Positions 39,201 to 48,896 of a stretch of 64,000 nt of DNA are shown in pieces. The notes under the pieces are model-generated. The model searched no databases. It saw only the letters and a list, made by a program, of their open reading frames with translations, and was not told where the DNA came from. Numbering within the stretch: the stretch's first letter is position 1; each line of letters opens with the position of its first letter. A program made the position numbers and the translations under genes. Origin of the DNA: Myxococcota bacterium (GTDB lineage Bacteria; Myxococcota_A; UBA9042; PHBI01; JAWLBL01); the NCBI GenBank assembly GCA_041687695.1, contig JAWLBL010000008.1, forward strand, positions 192,001 through 256,000, written 5' to 3'.

Positions 39201-39584
39201 CACGCCCTTGCAGTCGAAGTTGGCCGGGCAGCTGATCTCGCACGTCTTGGTGCAGATGAACCCCTGCGGCCCCTCGACGCACCAGCCGCTGTCACACTCG
39301 CCGTTCGAGCTGCACGGCGCCCCGAACGCGCCCTCCTCGGGCGGCACGTCGGGCGCCGCGCCTTCATCCCCGCCGGCGTCGGGCGCGTCCGCCGCGTCGG
39401 CCACGGCGTCCACCTTGCCGGCATCGCCGCCGGTGTCCGGCGCCACGTCCGCCTTCACGTCCACGCCGACGTCGGTCGCGCCGTCGGCGCCCCCGTCGTC
39501 CCCGCACGCGGCCAAAGCCGCCCCCAGCACCAGCGCCAGCCCGAGGCCCGCGCGCCCGCTCCCGAAGTCTCCTGCCACGCGCAT
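36252..39584 (-). CDS. Giant Cys-rich/Gly-rich surface lipoprotein (MopE-like repeats, DUF1565-like domain), paralog B
   Basis: Lipobox LAAC; 4 CDGxDNDCDG-type motifs; GVFVAKNGHDDAPGTLEAPMLTI; Gly-rich C-terminus ending DTNF; GAGGAGG RBS. Confidence 0.88.
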   Translation of the reverse strand: MRVAGDFGSGRAGLGLALVLGAALAACGDDGGADGATDVGVDVKADVAPDTGGDAGKVDAVADAADAPDAGGDEGAAPDVPPEEGAFGAPCSSNGECDSGWCVEGPQGFICTKTCEISCPANFDCKGVSAAGADVVFLCLPRYVQLCTPCATDTQCKGGACLTIDGSGQCGYACEADEDCPEGFGCLDAPGGTHDGQWCQPRSGSCTCTPEFTGAQRSCQQTSELGSCYGVETCDPELGWTGCTAAAPVPELCDGKDNDCNGLVDDGLPQDEACENTVEGVGTCVGVNVCFGPQGWVCQAATPEPETCDFKDNDCDGDVDEGFKTGDVYSAHAHCGTCNASCDSGFPNAAVTSCQVTGSAAQCIVETCQQGFIKLNEFQCVPNVASICQPCTVDANCLGEGAACIPVGTGTFCSKGCATAADCPGGYACEEVGKASPMCVPVTDSCSCDGTNTDLSRACSVTHTPADPGKPAYTCTGFEQCTAEGWAGCELPGESCDGVDNDCDGETDEAFKDAAGKYAGVQHCGGCNISCLALAYPNSAPACDASLPVPQCTFACQPGWFDVNGLIDDGCECQPVAGPDLAGDGQDTNCDGIDGEVAEGVFVAKNGHDDAPGTLEAPMLTISAAVERAFDAGKRDVYVATGVYGENVVLRAGVGVFGGYASDFATRNPLLYETAILGQAPTAAAPGAVTAVGLGAADAPEPTVVDGFTVFGPNAANQAGANSYAMYLRDGGAKLIVRNNRVFAGAGGNGTAGAAGGDGADGSGGVTGGAAYDAGTRTCTSTHEKAGGAGGKLTCGGVDVAGGDGGAGRCPVYDTDPLAAEVGKDGKGPGAAGKGGAGGVDNTHITQGPNSSCGTCYTNSEKNHNGAFGTAGAKGATGALGQGCAALQGSVVAGHWQGQPGQSGGAGGHGSGGGGGGAGGGVEVVGNGCATGSTDLGGDDIGGQGGGGGSGGCAGTGGAGGSAGGGSFGVFVIFTASPGSLPVLQNNTIRRGAGGAGGTGGPGGAGGLGGDGAPGGASGEGNAQMWCAAGGAAGGDGGQGGHGGGGGGGCGGASYGLFLHQAGGSLNASAYKSANAFLPGGQGGPGGAGGPSLGQSGTPGAAGASADTNF

Positions 39585-39595
39585 ACGCCGCCTCC

Positions 39596-42500
39596 TCAGA
39601 AGTTGGTGTCCGCCGCCGCGCCGGTCGCGCCGGCCGTGCCGCTCTGCCCCAGCGACGGCCCGCCCGCCCCGCCGGCGCCGCCCTGGGCGCCCGCGACGAA
39701 GCTGTTGCCGGTCTTGTACGCGCCCAGGTTCGCGCTCCCGCCGGCCTGCCACACGTACAGGCCCCAGGTCGACCCGCCGCAGCCGCCGCCGCCGCCGCCG
39801 CCGTGCCCGCCCTGGCCGCCGTTGCCGCCCGGCTGCCCGCCCGACGCGCAGAACAGGTGGTTGCCGATGACGTCGCCCGGCCCGCCGCCCGGCGCGCCCG
39901 CGCCGCCGACGCCGCCCGCGCCGCCCGGCCCGCCGGCGCCGCCGCTGCCGCCCGCGCCCCGCCGGATGGTGTTGTTCGCGATGACCGGCAGGCTGGCCGG
40001 CGCCGCGTCCCAGGTGACGAACACGCCGAAGCTGCCGCCGCCCGCCTGGCCGCCCTGGCCGCCGGTGCCCGCGCAGCCGCCCGAGCCGCCGCCGCCGCCC
40101 GTGCCGCCGAGATCGTCGCCGCCGATGCCGGCGCAGACCCCGCAGCCGAAGGAGTCGACCTGCGCGACGCACTGGCTGTCCCACGCGGTGTTGCAGCAGT
40201 AGGAGTCGATGGCGCAGACGCAGCTGCGGATCGCGCTGTCGCTGCAGGCGCCCGCCCCGCCCGACGAGCAGCACGAGGCCGGCGCGGTCGGGATGCCCGT
40301 GCACTGGCCGCCCGTCACCTCGACGCCCCCGCCCGAGCCGCCGCCGCCCCCGCCGCCGCCGTGGCCGCCCTTGACGCCGCCGCCGCCGGCCGTGCCGACC
40401 CAGTGCCCGGCCACGATCTGCCCGGCCGTGGCGCTACAGCCCGGCCCGGCCGCGCCCAGGGTGCCCGCCGCGCCCGACTTGCCGATGACGCCCTCGTGCG
40501 AGCCGACCGACGGCGTGTTGCACAGGTAGCAGTCCGAGTTCGACTGGATGCGCGCGTCCACGCCGGCCGCGCCGCCGGTCCCCGCGCCCGGCCCCGCGCC
40601 CGCGGCGCCCGCCTCGGCGGCGCCGGGTGCGCTGTTGTAGACGGGGCAGGTCGAGTCGCCGCCCTTGCCGCCGGAGACCGCCACGCCGTCCGAGCAGGTG
40701 CGGGCGCCGCCGGCCCCGCCCGAGGTGTGGTTCGAGGCCGCGCAGCTGCGCGTCACGATGTCCTTGGCGTCCAGGCCCGGCGCCCCGCCGACCCCGTCCG
40801 TCCCGTCGCCGCCGGCGCCGCCCGGCTGGCCGTTGCCGCCCGCGTTGCCGAAGACGCGGTTGTTGCGCACGAGCAGCTTGGACCCGACGTTGCGCAAGTA
40901 GATGGCGTAGCTGTTGGCGCCCGGGCTGTTGGCGGCGTTCGGCCCGAACACGGTGAAGCCGTCGAGCACGGTCGGCTCGGGCGCGCTGGCGGCGCCCAGG
41001 TTCACGGCGGTGACCGTGCCGGGTTTGCCGGCGCTGGGCTCCTGCCCGATGAGCGCCGTCTCGAACAGCAGCGGGCTGCGCTGGGTGAAGTCGCTGGAGT
41101 AGCCGCCGAACAGGCCCACGCCCGCCTGCAGGGCCACGCTCTCGCTGTACACGCCCGTGGCCACGTAGACGTCGCGCTTGCCGGTCTGGAAGGCCCGCGC
41201 CAGGGCGGCCGAGACGGTCAGCATCGGCGCCTCGAGCGTGCCCGGGGCCGCGTCGTCGCCGTTCTTGGTGACGAAGACGCCCTCGGCGATGTCGCCGTCG
41301 ATGCCGTCGCAGTTCGAGTCGACCCCGTCGCCCGCCAGGTCGTCGCCCGCCACCGGCTTGCACTCGCAGCCGTCGACCGGCGAGCCGTTGACGTCGTACC
41401 AGCCCTGGACGCACTCGTAGTCGCACTGGGGCACGGCGCCGCTGGTCTTGCAGGCCGGGACGGTGTTGGGCGCCTGCAGGGCGAGGCACGAGATGTTGCA
41501 GCCGCCGCAGTGCTGGACGCTCGCGTACTGGCCCTGGGCGTTCTTGAAGCCCTCGTCGATGGCGCCGTCGCAGTCGTTGTCGAGGCCGTCGCAGGCCTCT
41601 ACGGGCAGCTGGCAGCCGCCCCAGCCGTCGGCGGTGCACTGCTCGGAGCCCTTACAGGTGTAGGCGGGCTGGTTCGGGTCGGGCGGGGTCCAGGTCATGC
41701 TGCAGGCGCGCGCGAGGTCGGTGTTGGTGCCGTCGCAGCTGCACGACCCCGAGCTGGGCACGCACTGGTGCGACGCCTTGCCGACGTCCTGGCACCCGTA
41801 GCCGTCCGGGCAGTCGCCCTGGGTCTGGCAGGCCTTGCCGCAGAACCCGCCCTCGGCCAGCGCCACGCAGGCGGCCCCCTCGCCCAGGCAGTTCTCGTCG
41901 GTCGAGCACGGCTGGCAGATGGTCGCCACGTTCGGGATGCACTGGAACTCGTTCAGCTTGGTGTAGCCGGGCTCGCACGTCTCCACCGCGCACTGCGGCT
42001 GGGCGCCGAACACCTTGCACGCCGTCTCGGCCGCGTTCGGAAAACCCGCGCCGCAGCTGAGGTTGCAGGTCCCGCAGTGGTCGAACCCGGCGTACTGACC
42101 GCCCGCCTTGAAGTCCTCGTCGACCTCGCCGTCGCAGTCGTTGTCCTTGAAGTCGCACGTCTCGGCCTCGGGCGTCGGCCCCTGGCACTTCCAGCCCTGC
42201 GGCCCGAAGCACGTCTGCACGCCCGCGCACGCGCCCACCCCCTCGACCGCGTTGGTGCAGGGCGCGCCCTCGTCGGCCAGCTCCTCGTCGATGAGCCCGT
42301 CGCAGTCGTCGTCCACGCCGTTGCACTGCTCGGGCGCCGGCGCGGGCGCGGTGCAGCCGGTCCAGCCGGCCTCGGCGTCGCACGTCTCGACGCCATAGCA
42401 GCTCCCCAGGACGTCGTCGCTCTGGCAGCTGCGCTTCTTGCCGGCCGTCGCCGCGTTGCAGGTGCACGACCCGGTCACCGGCAGGCAGCGCAGCTCTCCG

Positions 42501-43771
42501 TCGGGCGCCGCCCCGCAGATCGCCCCGCTCGGGCAGGGCGCGTCCCCCTCGGCGCACGGCGACACGCAGACGCTCTGCCCGTCGAGCACCACGCAGCTGC
42601 CCCCGAAGCAGTCGGCGTCGCTGCCGCACGGCTGGCAGCCCACGTCCGGTGGCAGCCCGCACTGGAAGTCGTTGTACGGCACGTAGCCTTCGTCGCAGCT
42701 GGCCACCACGCAGCGCGGGTTGGCCGCGTCGCCGTTGCACGCGCCCGCGCCGTTCAAGATCTTCTCGGCGCACGCGTACCCGCACGCGCCGCAGTGCCCG
42801 TCGAGCACGAACGCGCCGTCCACGGTGAAGTCCTCGTCCACGGCCCCGTCGCAGTCGTCGTCGACGCCGTTGCAGACCTCGACCTCGGGCGTCTTCGCGT
42901 CGCACACCCAGCCGCCGCCGCCCGCGCACACCGACACGCCGGCGCAGCTGCCGGCCGCGTTGTCGATGGAGCAGGCCTCGGTCTTGGGCAGCCCGTCGTC
43001 GACCAGGCCGTTGCAGTCGTTGTCCAGGCCGTCGCAGACCTCGGCCGTCGCCGCCGTCGCCGTGCAGCCGACCCAGCCCACCTCGGCGTCGCAGGTCTCG
43101 ACGCCCATGCAAGACCCGACCTCGCTCTCCACGACGCAGGTGCGCTGCCCCCCGTCGAAGTCCGGCGTGCACGAGCAGCTGCCCGTCACGGGCTGACAGA
43201 ACGACCCCTCGCGCAGCCCCTCCGGGTCCGCCCCGCACGTGTACCCGCTCGGGCACTCCTCCTCGGCCTCGCAGACGAACCCGCACTGGCGCTCGCCGTC
43301 GAGCAGCAGGCAGGCGCCGCCGTTGCACTGGAAGTCCTGCTGGCAGGGCGCGCACAGCTTCAGCACCCGCGGCAGGCACAGGAACACGACGTCCGCCCCG
43401 GCGGCCACGCCCTTGCAGTCGAACCCGTCCGGGCAGCTCTCCTGGCACGTCTTGGTGCACACGAAGCCCTGCTTGCCCTCGACGCACCAGCCGCTGAAGC
43501 AGTCGACGTTGCCCTGGCAGGGCGCGCCGAACTCGCCCGCGGCGACCGGCACGTCCTCGTCCCCCTTCGCGTCCGGCGGGTCGCCCACGTCCGGGACCTT
43601 GGTCACGTCGTGACCGCCGCCCTCGACGTCCCCGGCTCCGGCGTCCTTGCCCGTCGCCGTCTCGGCCCCGACGTCGCCGCCCTCGCCCGGCCCGGCGCCC
43701 GTCCCCGAGTCCCCACAAGCCGCGGCGACCAGGGCGACCGCGACGGCCCCCCACCTCAGCGCTCCCAGCAT
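39596..43771 (-). CDS. Giant Cys-rich/Gly-rich surface lipoprotein (MopE-like repeats, DUF1565-like domain), paralog A
   Basis: Lipobox AAAC; 6 CDGxDNDCDG-type motifs; GVFVTKNGDDAAPGTLEAPMLTV; Gly-rich C-terminus ending DTNF. Confidence 0.88.
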   Translation of the reverse strand: MLGALRWGAVAVALVAAACGDSGTGAGPGEGGDVGAETATGKDAGAGDVEGGGHDVTKVPDVGDPPDAKGDEDVPVAAGEFGAPCQGNVDCFSGWCVEGKQGFVCTKTCQESCPDGFDCKGVAAGADVVFLCLPRVLKLCAPCQQDFQCNGGACLLLDGERQCGFVCEAEEECPSGYTCGADPEGLREGSFCQPVTGSCSCTPDFDGGQRTCVVESEVGSCMGVETCDAEVGWVGCTATAATAEVCDGLDNDCNGLVDDGLPKTEACSIDNAAGSCAGVSVCAGGGGWVCDAKTPEVEVCNGVDDDCDGAVDEDFTVDGAFVLDGHCGACGYACAEKILNGAGACNGDAANPRCVVASCDEGYVPYNDFQCGLPPDVGCQPCGSDADCFGGSCVVLDGQSVCVSPCAEGDAPCPSGAICGAAPDGELRCLPVTGSCTCNAATAGKKRSCQSDDVLGSCYGVETCDAEAGWTGCTAPAPAPEQCNGVDDDCDGLIDEELADEGAPCTNAVEGVGACAGVQTCFGPQGWKCQGPTPEAETCDFKDNDCDGEVDEDFKAGGQYAGFDHCGTCNLSCGAGFPNAAETACKVFGAQPQCAVETCEPGYTKLNEFQCIPNVATICQPCSTDENCLGEGAACVALAEGGFCGKACQTQGDCPDGYGCQDVGKASHQCVPSSGSCSCDGTNTDLARACSMTWTPPDPNQPAYTCKGSEQCTADGWGGCQLPVEACDGLDNDCDGAIDEGFKNAQGQYASVQHCGGCNISCLALQAPNTVPACKTSGAVPQCDYECVQGWYDVNGSPVDGCECKPVAGDDLAGDGVDSNCDGIDGDIAEGVFVTKNGDDAAPGTLEAPMLTVSAALARAFQTGKRDVYVATGVYSESVALQAGVGLFGGYSSDFTQRSPLLFETALIGQEPSAGKPGTVTAVNLGAASAPEPTVLDGFTVFGPNAANSPGANSYAIYLRNVGSKLLVRNNRVFGNAGGNGQPGGAGGDGTDGVGGAPGLDAKDIVTRSCAASNHTSGGAGGARTCSDGVAVSGGKGGDSTCPVYNSAPGAAEAGAAGAGPGAGTGGAAGVDARIQSNSDCYLCNTPSVGSHEGVIGKSGAAGTLGAAGPGCSATAGQIVAGHWVGTAGGGGVKGGHGGGGGGGGSGGGVEVTGGQCTGIPTAPASCCSSGGAGACSDSAIRSCVCAIDSYCCNTAWDSQCVAQVDSFGCGVCAGIGGDDLGGTGGGGGSGGCAGTGGQGGQAGGGSFGVFVTWDAAPASLPVIANNTIRRGAGGSGGAGGPGGAGGVGGAGAPGGGPGDVIGNHLFCASGGQPGGNGGQGGHGGGGGGGCGGSTWGLYVWQAGGSANLGAYKTGNSFVAGAQGGAGGAGGPSLGQSGTAGATGAAADTNF

Positions 43772-43892
43772 GGCTCTCTCCCTGCGCGTGCTCCCAAGCC
43801 CACAGGAGTACCACGGCGGCCGGCCGCCGTTCAAACCGGCCGGTCGCCACCGCGCTTGCCGAGCCCCCCCGTCTGGCCTAACTTCCGTGGCC

Positions 43893-44708
43893 ATGTCGAA
43901 TACGCCGTCCAACACCCCCGGCGCCCCGCCGCGCGCCCGCACGCCCCGCTGGCGCTACGTCGTCCCGAACGCCATCACGCTCATCGGGCTGCTCATCGCG
44001 CTGACCTCGATGTTCCGCGCCTTCGAGGGGCACTTCGAGTCGGCCGCCTGGCTCATCGTGCTGGTCGTCCTCCTCGACAAGCTCGACGGCACGGCCGCCC
44101 GCCTGCTCAACGCGACCAGCGACATCGGCGTGCAGCTCGACAGCTTCGCCGACTTCGTCAGCTTCGGCATCGCCCCCGGCGCCCTGGTCTTCTCGATGAT
44201 GTGGCGCGACCCGGTGACCTTCGACCTGTGGTCCGGCGGCACCGCGGCGGGCTGGGCGATGCGCGGCCTCGTCGCCACCTACATCCTGTGCGCCTGCGTC
44301 CGCCTCGCCAAGTTCAACGTCCTGTCCGAAGAGGTCGCCGACGACAGCCCCAAGGTCTTCTACGGCATGCCCACCACGCAGGCGGGCGGCATCGTCGCCG
44401 CGACCGTCATCCTCAGCCTCAAGTACGAGCTGGCCACCTTCGCCGAGCTGCTGCCCTTCGTGCTGGCCGGCCTGGGCGCGCTGATGGTCAGCAACCTGCC
44501 GCTGCCCAAGATCGGCCCCCGCAAGACCAAGGCGCTCAACGTCTTTCAAGGCGTCAATGTCGTCGCCGGCTACGTCTGCGGCATTCTGCGCATTCTTCCA
44601 GAATACCTTTTCGCCGTCCTCGTGCTCTATGCGGTCATCGGCTTCGGCTGGGGCGTCGCCCACCGCGCGGACCTCAAGCCCAAGCGCCTCGACCCGTACC
44701 CGACCTGA
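43893..44708 (+). CDS. pssA: CDP-alcohol phosphatidyltransferase (phosphatidylserine synthase-like)
   Basis: VPNAIT, DKLDGTAARLLNATSDIGVQLDSFADFVSFGIAP, RLAKFN, FYGMPT. Confidence 0.85.
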   Translation: MSNTPSNTPGAPPRARTPRWRYVVPNAITLIGLLIALTSMFRAFEGHFESAAWLIVLVVLLDKLDGTAARLLNATSDIGVQLDSFADFVSFGIAPGALVFSMMWRDPVTFDLWSGGTAAGWAMRGLVATYILCACVRLAKFNVLSEEVADDSPKVFYGMPTTQAGGIVAATVILSLKYELATFAELLPFVLAGLGALMVSNLPLPKIGPRKTKALNVFQGVNVVAGYVCGILRILPEYLFAVLVLYAVIGFGWGVAHRADLKPKRLDPYPT

Positions 44709-44729
44709 CGCCGCCCGGGCTCCGGTCCG

Positions 44730-45796
<1,067 letters not shown>

Positions 45797-45800
<4 letters not shown>

Positions 45801-47068
45801 TTGGCCCCAGGACCACCCGCCGGGCCCGTCGGGGTGGGCGTCGGCGCCACCGTGAGCGACACCGGCAGGGCGTCCACCGGGATCTTCTCGGGGATGGTCA
45901 GCGGCGGCGGAGCGCCCAGGTTCAGCCCGCTCTGGGCGTCGGTCGTGGCGCTGGCCAGCAGCACGCCCACCGAGATGCCCACCACGCCCACCAGGCGCAT
46001 CAGCAGCGCGTCGGCCGCCCCGGGCAGCAGCGGCGGGCTGTCGTGCACCCGCAGGTGCGTGCGCGCGACCGACACCGCCATCAGCCCCAGCACCGCCGCC
46101 ACCGCCGCCACCGCCGTCGGCACGGCCCCGGCCGCGACCCAGCCCGCGACGAGCAGCACGCTGGCCCCGGTCAGCCCCACCCCGATCCACCCGGTCGGGC
46201 GCACCCAGTCGGTGGCCTCCGCCGTCGTCGTCGCCGACGCGCGCAGGGTCGGCGTCTTGGGCCGCACGTTCAGCTGCCGCTCCCACTCGAGCCACTCGTC
46301 CTGCGTCGCCGCCGCCTCGCTGGCGACCGCGCGCACCATGCCGACCTTCACGGTCGCCGCCGCCGCGGCCGCCTGCTCGAGCGCCGCCAGGTTCGCCGCG
46401 TCGCGCACCCAGGGCACGTGCGGCCCGCGCTCCTCGAGCCCTCGCCGCAGCGTCGCCAGCTCGTCGCGCCACGCGCTCAGCCGCTCGCCCAGCCGCCCCC
46501 CGCGCGGGTCGCCCTTGCCCAGCGTCTGCGCCGCCTCGCCCGCCAGCCGCAGGTGCCGCTCGGCGTCGCGCGACGCCCTGAGCGCCCGCGGCCACGCCTC
46601 GCCGGTCTCGCGCGTCGGCCCGACCAGCACCCTCAGCAGCGGCCGCGCGAAGGCGCCCATCGTGGCCTCGAGCCCGCGCCGGTCTCGCGCCTGCAGCGCC
46701 GCCGAGGACGCCAGCGCGCGCAGCCCGAACCCGAGCGCCAGCGCCGTCAGGCCGAACATCCACCAGGCCCCCAGGACCTCCTTGCGGAACGCGCTCGGGC
46801 CCTTGTCGCGCGCCTCCTCGACGGCCGCCCGCCACTGCCGGGTGAAGCCCACCTTCCAGCCGCTCTCGAGCGCCTCGCGCTGCTTGCGCAGCCGCTCCAT
46901 CCGCGCCCGCTCGGCCTCGCGCGCCGCCTCGTCCCCCGGCGACACCAGCGAGCTCGGCTCGCGCGCGCCGGCGCCCGGCTTGGACGCTTTCGTCGGACAG
47001 CCGCTCAACCCGGCCGCCCCCAGCGCCAGCAGCAGCGCCACCCCGAACCCGACGACCGCGCGCCTCAC
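45797..47068 (-). CDS. Hypothetical membrane protein with coiled-coil segments
   Basis: Signal ending LSGC, internal TM, helical middle, 3 C-terminal TM segments; GTGA overlaps. Confidence 0.7.
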
Positions 47069-47829
47069 GCCAGCTCCTCCATGGCCGCGTTCAAGTCGGC
47101 GATGGCGTGCCGCACCTCGTCGTCCAGGGCGTCGCGCTCCTCGGTCGCCAGCCGCTCCTGCCACAGCCCGATCTGCGCGCGCAGCCGCTCGACCCGCCCG
47201 ACCAGCTGGTCCAGCTTGCGGTAGTAGCTCTCGCGCTGCGCCCGCGCCGCCGCGTCCGCCGGCCCCTCACCCTCGGCTTCGGCCTCCTCGAGCGAGCGGC
47301 ACAGCTGGCCGATCTGCCGCGCCTGCCGCTCGGTCTCGGCCAGCGGCCCGCGCACCCGCTCGACCAGCTGCGCCACCATCGGGTCGCCGCTCTTGGCCAG
47401 CGCGCGCACGCGGTCGGCCTCTCGCTCCAGCACCTCCAGCACGTGCGCCGCGTAGCCGGTCGGGCTCCCGCCGCGCCGCCTGGCCGCCCACAGCGCCGCC
47501 AGCAGGCTGCCGGCGATCCACATCCCCACCGCGACCAGCGCCAGGCTGGCGACCTTGCGCAGCTGATAGCCGTCCTCGGTGCGCTGCCGCGCCCACCGCT
47601 CGCCCTGCAGGCGCCCCGCCTCGGCCCCGGCGGCGCGGCCCTTGTCGAAGGCCTGGCACTCCAGCGGGTCCGCCGTCCCCTCGAGGCAGCCCGCGTAGGC
47701 CGCCTCGGCCTCGGCGACCGGGTCGCCCGAGGACTTGCCGCACCCGAGGCCGCCGGCCGCGACGATGATCAGCGCGGCGAAGGCACAAGCGGTCCATCGC
47801 CGGGTTGTAAAGGCAGTGATGTTCAGCAC
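47065..47829 (-). CDS. Hypothetical protein (lipoprotein-like signal, one TM, coiled coil)
   Basis: GLGC lipobox-like motif, TM SLALVAVGMWIAGSLLAALW, E/R-rich helices; GTG start uncertain. Confidence 0.65.
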   Translation of the reverse strand: MLNITAFTTRRWTACAFAALIIVAAGGLGCGKSSGDPVAEAEAAYAGCLEGTADPLECQAFDKGRAAGAEAGRLQGERWARQRTEDGYQLRKVASLALVAVGMWIAGSLLAALWAARRRGGSPTGYAAHVLEVLEREADRVRALAKSGDPMVAQLVERVRGPLAETERQARQIGQLCRSLEEAEAEGEGPADAAARAQRESYYRKLDQLVGRVERLRAQIGLWQERLATEERDALDDEVRHAIADLNAAMEELA

Positions 47830-47989
47830 GCCGCCAACCTTTGCCGCCTTCGCCCCGTTTTGCAACCCGCTCGACCTCTCGCCGCCGGAACGTTGAGGGC
47901 CGGTGGCGCCCGGGAGACAATGACCTCCCCACCTCGCGCATTCCCCCACCGCACCCCGCTCCACCCCGCCCCCACCCCAGGAGCACCCC

Positions 47990-48856
47990 ATGCACCCGCC
48001 CTACGTGCGTCTCGCGCGCGCGCTCGCCCCGTGCGCGCTCGCCCTGATGACGCTCGCGGCCTGCGACCGCGACGGCATCGACGCCCGCCCGCTCGGCCCC
48101 CTCCCGACCCATCCCGGCAGCGGCGTCAGCGATCCCATAGGCCAGCCCGCCTTCGGCCCCATCTCCCCCGTGGTCGACGTCATCGAGGACGCCGACGCCG
48201 CCCCGTCCGACGTGCCGATCGCCGACGTCCCCCTCGCCGACGCCCCGAACGACCTCGGCCCCGGCGTCGAGCCCTTCCCCGGCGACGCGGTCTCGCCCTT
48301 CCCGGGCGACGCCGTCGACCCCTTCCCGGGCGACGCCGCCGGCCCGTTCCCCGGCGACGCCGTCGGCCCCTTCCCCGGCGACGCGGTCTCTCCCTTCCCC
48401 GGCGACGCGGTCGATCCCTTCCCAGGCCCCGACGACGACGAGGTGCCCCCCGCCCAGGGCGCCGCCTTCCTCGACTGGCTGCGCGACGGCTTCTACCTGC
48501 AGTTCCCCTTCGTCACCGACCTCCAGCTCTCGCAGGCCCACGGCCCCATCCGCGTCTTCATGAACGAGACGCTCGCCACCTCGCGCGCCGCCGGCGGCCT
48601 GCCCGGCCCGGCCAACCAGCACCCCGAGGGCGCCGCCGTCGTCGCCGAGCAGTTCGCCCCCGGCACCCTGCAGTTCCTGGGCTGGCTCGCCATCGTCAAG
48701 ACCCAGCCCGACAGCCAGTCCGGCCTCGGCTGGTTCTGGGTCCAGTCCTCTCCGCTCGGCCCGCCCGCGATCGCCCAGCCGGGCGCCGGCTCCTGCCTGG
48801 GCTGCCACAGCGTCGGCGACGACTTCATCCTGTCCACCTTCCCGCCGGCCCCCTGA
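47990..48856 (+). CDS. Lipoprotein with octapeptide repeats and a cytochrome P460/c'-beta-like C-terminal domain
   Basis: Lipobox LAAC; HG..RVFMN, PEGAAVVAE, IVK, GWFW, C-terminal CLGCH then DFIL; CAGGAG RBS. Confidence 0.75.
   Translation: MHPPYVRLARALAPCALALMTLAACDRDGIDARPLGPLPTHPGSGVSDPIGQPAFGPISPVVDVIEDADAAPSDVPIADVPLADAPNDLGPGVEPFPGDAVSPFPGDAVDPFPGDAAGPFPGDAVGPFPGDAVSPFPGDAVDPFPGPDDDEVPPAQGAAFLDWLRDGFYLQFPFVTDLQLSQAHGPIRVFMNETLATSRAAGGLPGPANQHPEGAAVVAEQFAPGTLQFLGWLAIVKTQPDSQSGLGWFWVQSSPLGPPAIAQPGAGSCLGCHSVGDDFILSTFPPAP
48272..48427 (+). repeat. Coding 24-bp tandem repeat, 6.5 copies (PFPGDAxx)
   Basis: Units of the form CCCTTCCCCGGCGACGCNGTCNNN read directly from the sequence. Confidence 0.95.
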
Positions 48857-48896
48857 CCGGCCCCTCCGCCCCCACCCGCCTGCCCTGGAGCGGCCC

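Noticed and set aside
36252..40900. PE-PGRS genes
   Set aside because: The Gly-rich regions only resemble PGRS; there is no PE domain, the proteins have lipoboxes, and the context is diderm/myxobacterial.
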